Source: Bacillota bacterium (GTDB lineage: Bacteria > Bacillota > Clostridia > Lachnospirales > Lachnospiraceae). Taken from it: DNA of 64,000 nt. Positions 10,780 to 20,512 of the stretch are shown one piece after another. Below the pieces are notes generated by a model. It ran no database searches. It had not been told where the DNA came from and was given only the letters and a program-made list of their open reading frames with translations. How positions within the stretch are numbered: the first letter of the stretch is position 1; every line of letters starts with the position of its first letter. The position numbers were made by a program, and so were the translations under genes. The stretch lies in contig JAEWPQ010000101.1 in the NCBI GenBank assembly GCA_023460575.1, positions 11 through 64,010 of the forward strand. The letters are read 5' to 3'.

Positions 10780-12060
10780 CTATGAAAGCGGTTCTTTGGA
10801 AGACACACAGTATACATTCACATGCTGATCCTGGCGGCTGTTAAAAAATATCCGGTCCCCTGTATGACTGTAAATCGGGTGGGGATGGGCATCCTGGCCC
10901 AGCCAGTCGCTTTCATGTCTGCACAGGGGAATCCATTTAAGTTCACCTTCATCCCAGTCAACCAAAACCCGGCAGATGTATTCCGCATCCTTTTTATGAG
11001 GATCCGGTCCGTTATCGGTACTGTTTTCCCTGATTTTTTTTACTTCCCACGGATATTTAAAATATCCGTCACAAACCAGATTACCGGCATGGTCCATGGT
11101 GAAATGACCATAAGCATTATAACTGTCAGGGAGCGCAATCTCCCAGTATCTCCCGGTATCCGGTTCATATCTTCCAACCATGGCGGGACCTCCTGCATAG
11201 CCTCCGTGATAAATAATGTATGCACCGTCATCACTCCACATCTCATGACATACCCAGTCATTCCTGTTTCTGCCAAAACCTCCTGGATTGCCCAGGGTAT
11301 CATTTCCTTCCCTGCGGACAGGAGTCAGCGTATCCCTTTTATGGTCGTAAATCCAGATCCTGCGGATTCCGCAGTCAAAGGAAGACCATTCGTGATTGTA
11401 CATAATCAGCTCCGGATTCTTGGGATGGAACTGTACATGAGTAATCCAGCATTTATTTACCACTTTTTCATAAAGCAGACCGCCTGTATATGTATCGTAG
11501 ACACATAAGTAACTACTTAAATTTTCTTCCTGGATACGGCCGTCAATGTTATAAACCGGTCTTTTATCCAGACCTGAACCTTCTGTATCCGGATCAAAAT
11601 CCAGACATCTTCCATCCGTCATGGGAACACAGAGATATTTTCCATCTGTACTCACATGGGTAAATGCGGTCATTCTGCCTGCCGGCATGGTATTTAATAC
11701 AGTAATGCTGCCGGCTGAATCCGTCTTACAAATCTTATCATCCTGGATGAAGTAAACAAGATCCCTGTTACTGTCTAAACATACACTGGCCTTTCCAAGC
11801 CCCTGACCGGGTCTGCCGTCGAAATAAACATAGCTCTTTAAAATTCCATTCCGGTTATCAGTCAGAAACTTTTCTTCACCTGTCAGCAAATCCCTGACCA
11901 TGACATTGGGGTTTCCCCCTTTATCACAGATCATATAGATTCTCTCATCATTCTGGCTGACGCAGGAAGAAGTAAAATACAAAAGCTGTGTGTTGTAAGT
12001 CCCCTTGTCTCCAGCGCCTCCGGTCAGCATACGGCCATTTAACATTGATTGTTTCACCAT
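10780..12060 (-). CDS. Oligogalacturonate lyase-family beta-propeller protein
   Basis: LYFT, H.QFHP, YNHE, RIW, CHEMW, HPHP motifs. Confidence 0.7.
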   Translation of the reverse strand: MVKQSMLNGRMLTGGAGDKGTYNTQLLYFTSSCVSQNDERIYMICDKGGNPNVMVRDLLTGEEKFLTDNRNGILKSYVYFDGRPGQGLGKASVCLDSNRDLVYFIQDDKICKTDSAGSITVLNTMPAGRMTAFTHVSTDGKYLCVPMTDGRCLDFDPDTEGSGLDKRPVYNIDGRIQEENLSSYLCVYDTYTGGLLYEKVVNKCWITHVQFHPKNPELIMYNHEWSSFDCGIRRIWIYDHKRDTLTPVRREGNDTLGNPGGFGRNRNDWVCHEMWSDDGAYIIYHGGYAGGPAMVGRYEPDTGRYWEIALPDSYNAYGHFTMDHAGNLVCDGYFKYPWEVKKIRENSTDNGPDPHKKDAEYICRVLVDWDEGELKWIPLCRHESDWLGQDAHPHPIYSHTGDRIFFNSRQDQHVNVYCVSSKEPLS

Positions 12061-12248
12061 ATTGTTACAGTCCTTCCCTGATATATGTCTGATTTTCTGT
12101 CCCAAGTATAGCATAATTTACTGTAATTGTTCCAGCAAACTATATAAAAAACAGGGTTAAAACCATCCGTCTGTTTTCAACCCTGTTTCACTCTTTGTTA
12201 AATATGTCCGTCAAATCCAATTTTTCAAACTCTTTTCACTTAAAATCT

Positions 12249-13667
12249 TCAATATTTTGCAAATGAACCGGCAGCAGCTGATGCATGTTTCGTATCTTCA
12301 TAAGATCCTCCGGATTTAGATCTGCCATGATTTGCATATCCATCACGCAGCTTGAATTTTTTCACTTCCTGCTGCAGCATTTCGGCCTGAGCTGCAAGTT
12401 CTTCACTGGCTGCCGAGCTTTCTTCTGCCGTAGCTGCGTTGGTCTGTACAACTGCAGACACTTGTGACAGTCCCTGGTTAATCTGCTCAATGGCTCCTGC
12501 CTGTTCAGTGGATGCAGATTCAATCTCCTGAATTGCCTGTTCTACCATTTGTGCCTTTTCTTCCACAGTAACTAACAATTTCAGTGTATCATCGGCGAGA
12601 CGCTCACCATGCGATACCATGGCGACGGATTTTTGAATTAAATCTGCCGTCTGTTTTGCGGCATCTGCAGATTTTGCCGCTAAATTGCGCACTTCGTCAG
12701 CCACTACAGCGAATCCTTTACCGGCATCCCCTGCCCGGGCTGCTTCCACAGCAGCATTGAGCGCAAGAATGTTAGTCTGAAATGCAATATCCTCCACTAG
12801 CTTTGTGATTTTGGATATCTCCTGAGATGACGCTCCAATTTCCTTCATTGCAGTATTTAACTCCTGCATATGTTCGTTACTCTCCACAACGCCCTGGCCG
12901 GCCTGATTTACATATCCGGCTGCATTCGCTACGCTCTGGGCATTTTTTGATGCCTGTTCCGCCACACTGCCGATGGAAGCATTTAACTCCTCCAGTGTTG
13001 CTGCCTGTTCAGTCGTTCCGCTGGATAAAGCCTGGGCACCGTCAGATACCTGGCCTGATCCGGAATTAACCTGTTCTGCAATAGTTGTGATAGAAGATGC
13101 CAGGCTGTGAAATTTTTCAACCAATTCTGCCAGCGCCTTACCAAGAATATCCTCTTGTGAACGTATGGTAACAACGGTTGTTAAATCTCCGTCTGCGATT
13201 GCCCGGGTTGTCTGGGCCTGCTGAATATTATTGATAATCATCTTGTCGAACGCGCTTGCCAGTCCGCCGACTTCATCCTTTCTGGCAGCCCAGGCTCTTT
13301 CTTTTTCACCGGCAATCTTGTCAACTCCAAAATCACCCACAGCAACCATACTGGCAAATGACTCAAAAATATACAGGGGATAAGCAATGATATCTGACAT
13401 ATATCTGGAAAGATATATGGAAAGAATAACAGACGCTATTAAAATCAATACAATTACAATAATAGCAGCCAGTGCAAGCCTGGTATTGGCGTTCATAGCA
13501 GTAGCTAGCTCTTTACTATTTTCATTATAAATATTGCTGTAGCTTCCATTAATATGCAGCACTGAAAAGATAGCCACACCGGCAATAATCACAGTAAGTG
13601 CAACAACCAAAAGATAGCTGATTAACAGTTTCTTTGCAACTTTTAAATCCTCAAACCACTTTTTCAC
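12249..13667 (-). CDS. Methyl-accepting chemotaxis protein with very short extracellular loop
   Basis: Two TMs, HAMP region, [33 protein letters not shown]; start set at GTG 13667 after GAGGG RBS. Confidence 0.92.
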   Translation of the reverse strand: MKKWFEDLKVAKKLLISYLLVVALTVIIAGVAIFSVLHINGSYSNIYNENSKELATAMNANTRLALAAIIVIVLILIASVILSIYLSRYMSDIIAYPLYIFESFASMVAVGDFGVDKIAGEKERAWAARKDEVGGLASAFDKMIINNIQQAQTTRAIADGDLTTVVTIRSQEDILGKALAELVEKFHSLASSITTIAEQVNSGSGQVSDGAQALSSGTTEQAATLEELNASIGSVAEQASKNAQSVANAAGYVNQAGQGVVESNEHMQELNTAMKEIGASSQEISKITKLVEDIAFQTNILALNAAVEAARAGDAGKGFAVVADEVRNLAAKSADAAKQTADLIQKSVAMVSHGERLADDTLKLLVTVEEKAQMVEQAIQEIESASTEQAGAIEQINQGLSQVSAVVQTNAATAEESSAASEELAAQAEMLQQEVKKFKLRDGYANHGRSKSGGSYEDTKHASAAAGSFAKY

Positions 13668-13809
13668 TTTACATTCCCTCTTTCGTTTATTCCGGATTAC
13701 TGACACCGGTCTCTTCTTCTGTATTTGTCCGTAATTATTTAAGTTATTATCATAGGACACCTCCGTTTTCTCTGTCTTTTTAAGCTTTTTCATGCTTGCA
13801 AACAATCTT

Positions 13810-14184
13810 CGCAGTATATCTCATACTGTGTATCCGGTCATAAAAACATAAGAAATACGGTAGTTTGCAGAAACGCTGACGGTCATCGGGACGGCGATTA
13901 AACCATTTGGTTATTATATAGGTATAGAGGGATAACAATGAAGAGGAGATTGACACTTACGGCAATACTGATCCGGAAGGATATAAGATGACGCAGTCAT
14001 TGACGGCGTTCTGAAATGAATGAGATTATGTCATACAATATTTAAGTAAAACTTCTTCTTTTTTCTTGCAATTGTACTGATTATCGTTATATAAACTGTT
14101 GTTTGACAAAGAAAACCAATTACTTTATAATGAGAAATGTCGAAATATATCTAATTTTGCAACCGCAGTATGAGATATACTGCG
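13810..14184. promoter_or_regulatory. Candidate invertible promoter segment upstream of the MCP gene
   Basis: IRs 13810-13830 and 14164-14184 (20/21 identical as reverse complements); contains TTGACA-N17-TATAAT at 14103-14131 on + strand. Confidence 0.7.
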
Positions 14185-14190
14185 CAAAAA

Positions 14191-14277
14191 ATCCTCCAAT
14201 AAAGACTGTTGCCGATTATAATTGCATTTCTAAGAAAGAAGCAATTATGACCTGAAAAACATCTTTTATTGGAGGAT
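14191..14277. terminator. Long hairpin / probable bidirectional terminator
   Basis: ATCCTCCAATAAA...TTTATTGGAGGAT downstream of the 2-HCT transporter. Confidence 0.6.
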
Positions 14278-14301
14278 CTGTTTATACCCTTTTAACTATA
14301 T

Positions 14302-15603
14302 TTAAAATAAGATCTGAGTCAGCAGACTTGCTACAATCAGAATGAGTGCTCCGCAGATTCTGGTGGCAATCTGGGCAAATGGCAGAAGCTCCATTCTTTT
14401 GGCTGCAGAAAGTACCGCGATATCTCCTGTTCCGCCCATATTGGTAGTACAAAGCCCGGCAGTAATAGCAGACTCTATGGGATAAAAGCCAACCAGATAA
14501 CCGCCGATTGCAGCTCCTACCGAAACGCTTCCAACTACTACAAATACAAGAAGAAGATACATGGGACTCACTGCTTTCGCTACTGCGCCTAAATCAATCA
14601 TGGAAATTCCGATTCCCACTAAAAGGGCGCTGGTCCAGTTTTTCATGACAAACTGGGACCATTGGCGGGCTGAATCCTCAAATTTCACAGGAATAAAGCC
14701 ACAGGCCTTGCTGACAGCCACCAGAATAATCATCCATGCATAAGAGTGAACTGCAGGAACAAATTTATTGATAATAACACCCAGTAAAAAGAAAAACATA
14801 GCGGTAATCATACCGATTCCCAACTCTTCCAGACTGACAGAGGAATTCTTCTTTTCATTCATTTCAGAATTGTGATTTCTCATGAGACGGCCGTTTCCAG
14901 TTAAACCTGGTTTTACATCTCCCAGCTTTGCAAGGAGTCCTGCGCCTACAATTGCCATTACATTTCCCAAAGTAGAAGCTGGTATCATCCGTGATATGAT
15001 AGCGGCAGAATCTGTTTGAAGCGCTTCCGCATACATGCCGGACAACGGAACCACTCCGGCTCCCATTCCGCCTCCCATCATGGGGATTGCCACGTACATT
15101 ACTGCATCTACAAAGCCATATCCAACCAAAGTTCCCACAACTCCCACACTTAAGATTGCCATAGTCATCGCGCAAAGAGCAACCGGGAGAAACCGCACTG
15201 CTGCTTTTAACAGAAGTGACCGGTCCATACCAAGTATACTTCCGGTAATCAAGGCTGCTATGTAGAAATTTAAAAATCCGGTTTTATTCATAAACTGGTC
15301 TACGTTTTCCACTACATTTTCCGGAATCAGACCGGTATAAACAAGAGCAGCCGAAGCAAAGATGCACACAATTGCACCGCCGCCCAAAAAGGTCTTGACT
15401 ATAGGAAGATTATTTCCAATGATATTAAAAAGTCCCCCAAAAATCATCATAACAAGCAGTGCACCGATCATGCCGGACGGAAGCCACTTCATGGCAATGG
15501 AAACCGCAGTGACTGCGGTGAAAGCCAGATAAATGGGCAAAGGAATTCCGGATATTTTAATGCTCATAATCGTTTGCCCAGAAGTACTTTTTTCTTTTTC
15601 CAT
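14302..15603 (-). CDS. 2-hydroxycarboxylate (malate/citrate) transporter
   Basis: FLNFYIAALITGSILGM, PMMGGG.GAG, NMGGTGDIAVLSA motifs; adjacent to malic enzyme. Confidence 0.92.
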   Translation of the reverse strand: MEKEKSTSGQTIMSIKISGIPLPIYLAFTAVTAVSIAMKWLPSGMIGALLVMMIFGGLFNIIGNNLPIVKTFLGGGAIVCIFASAALVYTGLIPENVVENVDQFMNKTGFLNFYIAALITGSILGMDRSLLLKAAVRFLPVALCAMTMAILSVGVVGTLVGYGFVDAVMYVAIPMMGGGMGAGVVPLSGMYAEALQTDSAAIISRMIPASTLGNVMAIVGAGLLAKLGDVKPGLTGNGRLMRNHNSEMNEKKNSSVSLEELGIGMITAMFFFLLGVIINKFVPAVHSYAWMIILVAVSKACGFIPVKFEDSARQWSQFVMKNWTSALLVGIGISMIDLGAVAKAVSPMYLLLVFVVVGSVSVGAAIGGYLVGFYPIESAITAGLCTTNMGGTGDIAVLSAAKRMELLPFAQIATRICGALILIVASLLTQILF

Positions 15604-15604
15604 C

Positions 15605-16774
15605 TTATTTTACTACCCCCTGCTCAACAGCTTTTTCTTTCACCGCTTCCGCAACCGCTTTTGCAACACGTTCATCAAATGCTCCTGGTATGATGTACTC
15701 TTCTGTCAGTTCCTCTTCCTTTATGATTCCTGCAATGGCATAAGCAGCCGCAATCTTCATCTCTTCCGTGATATCCGTGGCTTTCGCATCAAGAGCTCCA
15801 CGGAAAATTCCAGGAAATACCAGTACATTGTTGATCTGGTTGGGGAAATCGGAACGTCCTGTTGCAATAATCCTTGCTCCGCCTTCCTTTGCTTCATCAG
15901 GCATAATCTCAGGTGTTGGATTTGCCATTGCAAATACTATGGCGTCCTCTGCCATAGAAGCAACCATCTGGGAAGTAACGATTCCAGGAGCAGACACGCC
16001 GATAAAGACATCTCTTCCTTCCATAATATCCTTTAAATTACCCCTCTTATTTTCCGGATTCGTAACCTGGGCCATCATCTTCTGGGCATCGTTCATCCAC
16101 TCTTCCCCTTCTGCCAGTGCACCATTTTTATCTACCAGAATAATATCTTTCATTCCGATGGATAATAAGAGCTTGCAGATTGAGATACCGGCAGATCCGG
16201 CTCCGTTAATTACTGTTTTTACGTCTCCGATTTTCTTTCCCACAACCTTTAGTGCATTGATGATTCCGGCAGATACCACTATTGCGGTTCCATGCTGGTC
16301 ATCATGAAATACGGGAATATCCAGTTCTTCTTTTAAGCGGCGTTCTATTTCAAAACATCTGGGGGCTGAGATATCTTCCAGATTGATTCCTCCAAAACCA
16401 GGCGCCAGATAACGGACTGTTTTAATGATTTCCTCTGTATCTTTTGTATCCAGACAGATAGGGAATGCATCCACTCCGCCAAAAGCTTTAAAGAGAATGG
16501 ATTTGCCTTCCATTACCGGCATTGCAGCCTCGGGACCGATATCTCCTAAGCCCAGTACTGCTGTTCCGTCTGTAACCACAGCCACTAAATTTCCCTTTGC
16601 AGTATAACGGTACACTTCTGATTTATCATCTCTGATCTTTCTGCATGGCTCTGCCACACCGGGTGTATACGCAGTGCTTAAATCCTCTCTGCATTTTACT
16701 TCTACCTTTGAGATCACTTCGATTTTTCCTTTGTTTTTTTCATGAAGCTCCAGTGCAAGCTTGTTATAATCCAT
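15605..16774 (-). CDS. NAD(P)-dependent malic enzyme
   Basis: YTPGVA, DGTAVLGLG, NLEDI, FHDDQHGT, GAGSAG, TGRSDFPNQINN. Confidence 0.95.
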   Translation of the reverse strand: MDYNKLALELHEKNKGKIEVISKVEVKCREDLSTAYTPGVAEPCRKIRDDKSEVYRYTAKGNLVAVVTDGTAVLGLGDIGPEAAMPVMEGKSILFKAFGGVDAFPICLDTKDTEEIIKTVRYLAPGFGGINLEDISAPRCFEIERRLKEELDIPVFHDDQHGTAIVVSAGIINALKVVGKKIGDVKTVINGAGSAGISICKLLLSIGMKDIILVDKNGALAEGEEWMNDAQKMMAQVTNPENKRGNLKDIMEGRDVFIGVSAPGIVTSQMVASMAEDAIVFAMANPTPEIMPDEAKEGGARIIATGRSDFPNQINNVLVFPGIFRGALDAKATDITEEMKIAAAYAIAGIIKEEELTEEYIIPGAFDERVAKAVAEAVKEKAVEQGVVK

Positions 16775-16965
16775 AACTTTTCACCTTTCCCTTTCGTTGA
16801 CTTTTTGATATAACCGTATGGTATCACCGGTGCCGGCATTTTGAAATCTTGTGAACATTATTAAAAACTTATGTAAGTAAAGAAAACGAATTTTAAGATT
16901 ATCCCGATACTCGTTGATTTTCCCGTCCACATCTAATACAATAGGTTCATCAGGGGAGGTATTGA

Positions 16966-18582
16966 ATGAAAGAAAAACCATTGGAACACCAAATATATGT
17001 TTCCCAGATCTTTAGCATCATCCTTGCCATTATACTGTCTTTGGGTGTCTCGCTTCATTATAATCTGGTGACAAAAAGAAATTCTCTGGATATGAATATA
17101 AAAAATGCGGGTATTTTAATCTCCGGATTGCCTGAAGTAGCTGACATGTTAAAGAAGGGACAGCCCTCAGAAGCCTTTAACAAACGCATGGATCAGTTAG
17201 TGAAAGAACTGGATTATATTGATGTTGTTACCATCTGTAATAATGACAGCATCCGTTTTTATCATAATAATAAAGCACTGATCGGAAAAACCTTTGTAGG
17301 CGGTGACGAAAACGCTATCTTAAACGGCGCTCCCCCATATATTACAAACGGAAAAGGAACTCTTGGAAGCCAGCGGCGTGCTTTCTATTCCATAAAAGAC
17401 GAACATGGGGAAATCATCGGCTTTGTGATGGTTTCTGTTCTGACCACCAGCATTTCCCAGCTTACCAGAAATATTCTGCTTGTTTTTTTACTACTGGCTC
17501 TTGTACTCCTGTCCATCGGTTTTCTTGTATCCGGAATCCTGTATAACCGGTTAAAAAAAACACTGTTAGGTTATAAGCCGGAAGAATTCCGTAAGATTCA
17601 TATTGAAAGAAAAGAAGTGCTTGATGCCCTGGAGGAGGGAATCTTTGCCATTAATACCAAAGGAGAGTTGATCCTTATCAATGAATCGGCTAAGAAAATG
17701 CTGGATCTGGATACCATGCCTGAGTACGGAACACAGCTGACAAAGCTTTACCCGGAAACCCGACTTCCTCATGTTCTTCAGACAGGAATGCCTGAATATA
17801 ATATCAGTCTTATGATAAAAGGAAAACACATCATGTCTAACCGGATTCCCATTATTGAAAATGGGAAAACTGCAGGAGCCGTCTCCATCTTCCGCAACAA
17901 AACGGAATACACCCGACTGGCAGAGGAACTGACAGGAGCGCGGTACATGGTAGAAACACTCCGCGCCTTAAATCATGAATTTAAAAATAAGCTCCATGTA
18001 ATCCTTGGATTTATCGAGATGGGGCAGCCGGAAAAGGTAACTGATTTTATCATTAACACCAGCATGGCATCCACACTGGCTGTAAGTGAGGTTACAAAAC
18101 AGATACAGGTTTCAAGTATCGCTGCGCTATTGATCGGAAAAATTGTCCGTGCAGGCGAATTGGGCATCCGGCTCACCATCAAACCAGACAGCTCATGTCT
18201 GGAATCAGAACTCCATCTGCCTGTTGATTTATATATTACTATTCTGGGTAATTTAATTGAAAATGCCATTGAGGAATTAAATGAACAAAGCAGCGGAATT
18301 AAAGAAATTGAAGTCGGAATCAATATATGGCAATCGGGAAGTATTCTTTCTGTTGACGACACAGGAAGGGGAATCCCTGCCGCCATGCGGGATAAAATCT
18401 TTGAAAAAGGATTTTCCACAAAAGGGGATGGGCGCGGATCCGGCATGTGCCTGATTAAGAAACTGGTAGACCAGCATCACGGAATCATCGAGATGGAATC
18501 CGAAGAAAATACAGGTACTTCATTTACTATCACCTTTACAGAGGAGGAACATCATGTATCAGGTAATCATTATAGAGGATGA
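16966..18582 (+). CDS. CitA/DcuS/MalK-family sensor histidine kinase
   Basis: sCache-type periplasmic region (GTLG), PAS, LRALNHEFKNKLH H-box, GFSTKG..RGSG. Confidence 0.92.
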   Translation: MKEKPLEHQIYVSQIFSIILAIILSLGVSLHYNLVTKRNSLDMNIKNAGILISGLPEVADMLKKGQPSEAFNKRMDQLVKELDYIDVVTICNNDSIRFYHNNKALIGKTFVGGDENAILNGAPPYITNGKGTLGSQRRAFYSIKDEHGEIIGFVMVSVLTTSISQLTRNILLVFLLLALVLLSIGFLVSGILYNRLKKTLLGYKPEEFRKIHIERKEVLDALEEGIFAINTKGELILINESAKKMLDLDTMPEYGTQLTKLYPETRLPHVLQTGMPEYNISLMIKGKHIMSNRIPIIENGKTAGAVSIFRNKTEYTRLAEELTGARYMVETLRALNHEFKNKLHVILGFIEMGQPEKVTDFIINTSMASTLAVSEVTKQIQVSSIAALLIGKIVRAGELGIRLTIKPDSSCLESELHLPVDLYITILGNLIENAIEELNEQSSGIKEIEVGINIWQSGSILSVDDTGRGIPAAMRDKIFEKGFSTKGDGRGSGMCLIKKLVDQHHGIIEMESEENTGTSFTITFTEEEHHVSGNHYRG

Positions 18583-19234
18583 CCCTATGGTAGCTTCTAT
18601 TAACAGACAATATGTGGAGTTAAATAAATATCTAAAGGTAACCGGCCAGTTCTCCAATGGAAAAGATGCTTTGAACTATTTAAAGAATCACACTGCGGAT
18701 CTGGCGATTATGGATGTTTATATGCCCGTCATGGATGGAGTGGAGCTCCTTACTGAGATACGCAGGCTCCAGAAACACATAGATGTGATTATGGTGACTG
18801 CCGCAACCGATGCCTCTCATGTAAAGAAGCTGTTAGGGCTGGGAGTCATTGACTATCTGGTGAAGCCCTTTGAATACGTGCGTTTTAATCACGCACTGGC
18901 ACGGTTTATGGAACATCAGGAACTGCTTAAGCAGGAGACCTTCTCCCAGGAACAGCTGGATTCTCTTTTTGAGATTTCTTCCGGAACCGCTTCCCAGCAG
19001 GAGGTTCTTCGAAAAGGTCTTCAGGAAAAAACTCTGGATACCATTTTATCCTACATGAAAGAACATCCGGCAGATGCCCTTACCAGTGAAACAGTTGCAG
19101 AAGAAGTTCATTTGTCCCGTGTAACTGTGCGAAGGTACATGAATTATCTTCTGGATAAAAAACAGATTGTCAGTGACATCGATTATACAACCGGGGGGCG
19201 GCCCTCTATTATATACCGGTATGTAAAAGAATAA
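18554..19234 (+). CDS. CitB/DcuR/MalR-family response regulator
   Basis: EDD, DVYMP, KPF receiver; SRVTVRRY wHTH; GRP motif. Confidence 0.92.
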   Translation: MYQVIIIEDDPMVASINRQYVELNKYLKVTGQFSNGKDALNYLKNHTADLAIMDVYMPVMDGVELLTEIRRLQKHIDVIMVTAATDASHVKKLLGLGVIDYLVKPFEYVRFNHALARFMEHQELLKQETFSQEQLDSLFEISSGTASQQEVLRKGLQEKTLDTILSYMKEHPADALTSETVAEEVHLSRVTVRRYMNYLLDKKQIVSDIDYTTGGRPSIIYRYVKE

Positions 19235-19258
19235 CAGGTGAAAATTTTTCACCTGTTA
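19232..19258. terminator. Bidirectional terminator
   Basis: TAACAGGTGAAAA-T-TTTTCACCTGTTA perfect hairpin between convergent genes. Confidence 0.75.
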
Positions 19259-19261
19259 CTT

Positions 19262-20377
19262 TTACTTTTGAAGCTCAATTATTTCATATAACCATTGTTC
19301 AAGCCCGGGAGTAAAGCTGATCCGGACAATCTCTTCAGCTTTTCTGGCTTCTGCCTCCTCTTCGGGAGTCAGTGGTATAACAGTCACTCCCCGGTCAACC
19401 AGTTCCTTTTTCAGTCTCTCTTCTTCTGCCACAATTTCTGTTTTATTCCATTCTGAAGCCATTTGCCCGGCTTGTCTTAAGATTTCCTGATCCTCATTGC
19501 TTAATGTGTTCCATTTTCTTTCTGACATCATAACAATTCCAGGACTGAAAACATGATTGCTTAGAAGATAATAAGGGGCAACCTCATAAAACCGGTTGGA
19601 AAGATATGCCGGTATGGGATTTTCTGCACCTTCCACATCACCGCTTGCCAACGCATTATATAAATCCTCATAACGCATGGGGATGGGCTGAGCTCCCAGT
19701 GCTGATATGGTATCCATCATAAGTACAGATTCGGGAACTCTGAGCCTTTTGTTTTTAATATCCTCAAGTCCGGCAATTGGTTCTGATGTGAAAATATTCC
19801 TGGCTCCTTCATCGGTATAAAACAAGCCTACCATATTGGCGCCGATCTCCTGCCCCTCACTTAAAAATGCCCTGCCAAGATCTTCACTTTCTAAAACCTT
19901 CCACATCCCCTCCCTATCCTGAAAAATATAGGGAAGGCCAAATAAATTCAATTTTTTAAACCCATATCCAGTTAATGCATTCGTATTGGCACGGTATAGA
20001 TCAAGCAGCCCGCTTCCTGTCCTCAATGAATTGAGAGACGTTCTTTCATCTCCCAGAACAGCACCGGGATATATGTTAACTTTTATTCTTCCATTAGACA
20101 GCTCATATACGTATTGTGCAAACTTCTCGGCAACTCTGGCATCAATATTGCCCTCAGGGTTTACTTCTCCATACTTTAAGACAATTTCCGGCTCTGACGG
20201 AGTCGCTCTTTCCGCTTGAGTTGTTGCAAGCGCTGCTTCCGCTGTCGCCTGTGCTGCTTCTGCTTCCTTTGTGTTTTGGGAAGCTTCGCTGCTTTCTTTT
20301 ACAGCAATACCGGATCCACAGCCGTTAAGACAAAGGATCATTGCAGTAATAAGCATTAAAGACAGTGGTTTTTTCAT
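19262..20377 (-). CDS. TRAP transporter substrate-binding lipoprotein (DctP family)
   Basis: Lipobox LNGC, LRVP, ALGA.P.PM, GAENP motifs. Confidence 0.9.
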   Translation of the reverse strand: MKKPLSLMLITAMILCLNGCGSGIAVKESSEASQNTKEAEAAQATAEAALATTQAERATPSEPEIVLKYGEVNPEGNIDARVAEKFAQYVYELSNGRIKVNIYPGAVLGDERTSLNSLRTGSGLLDLYRANTNALTGYGFKKLNLFGLPYIFQDREGMWKVLESEDLGRAFLSEGQEIGANMVGLFYTDEGARNIFTSEPIAGLEDIKNKRLRVPESVLMMDTISALGAQPIPMRYEDLYNALASGDVEGAENPIPAYLSNRFYEVAPYYLLSNHVFSPGIVMMSERKWNTLSNEDQEILRQAGQMASEWNKTEIVAEEERLKKELVDRGVTVIPLTPEEEAEARKAEEIVRISFTPGLEQWLYEIIELQK

Positions 20378-20467
20378 AAATTGCTCCTCCTGATTGTATC
20401 GTAAAAGCAGTCAAACATGATCAGTATTTTCTGTTTCATTATACCCAGAAATTTGTGTTTCAATAAA

Positions 20468-20510
20468 AAATTCTGCCAGAAATCAGAACATACTTTTCCT
20501 GGCAGAATTT
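20468..20510 (-). terminator. Intrinsic terminator after recQ
   Basis: AAATTCTGCCAG...CTGGCAGAATTT with A-tract on + strand. Confidence 0.65.
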
Positions 20511-20512
20511 AT

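Noticed and set aside
10780..12060. Functional link between the oligogalacturonate lyase-like gene and sbcDC
   Set aside because: Only adjacency (12-bp gap); no other evidence
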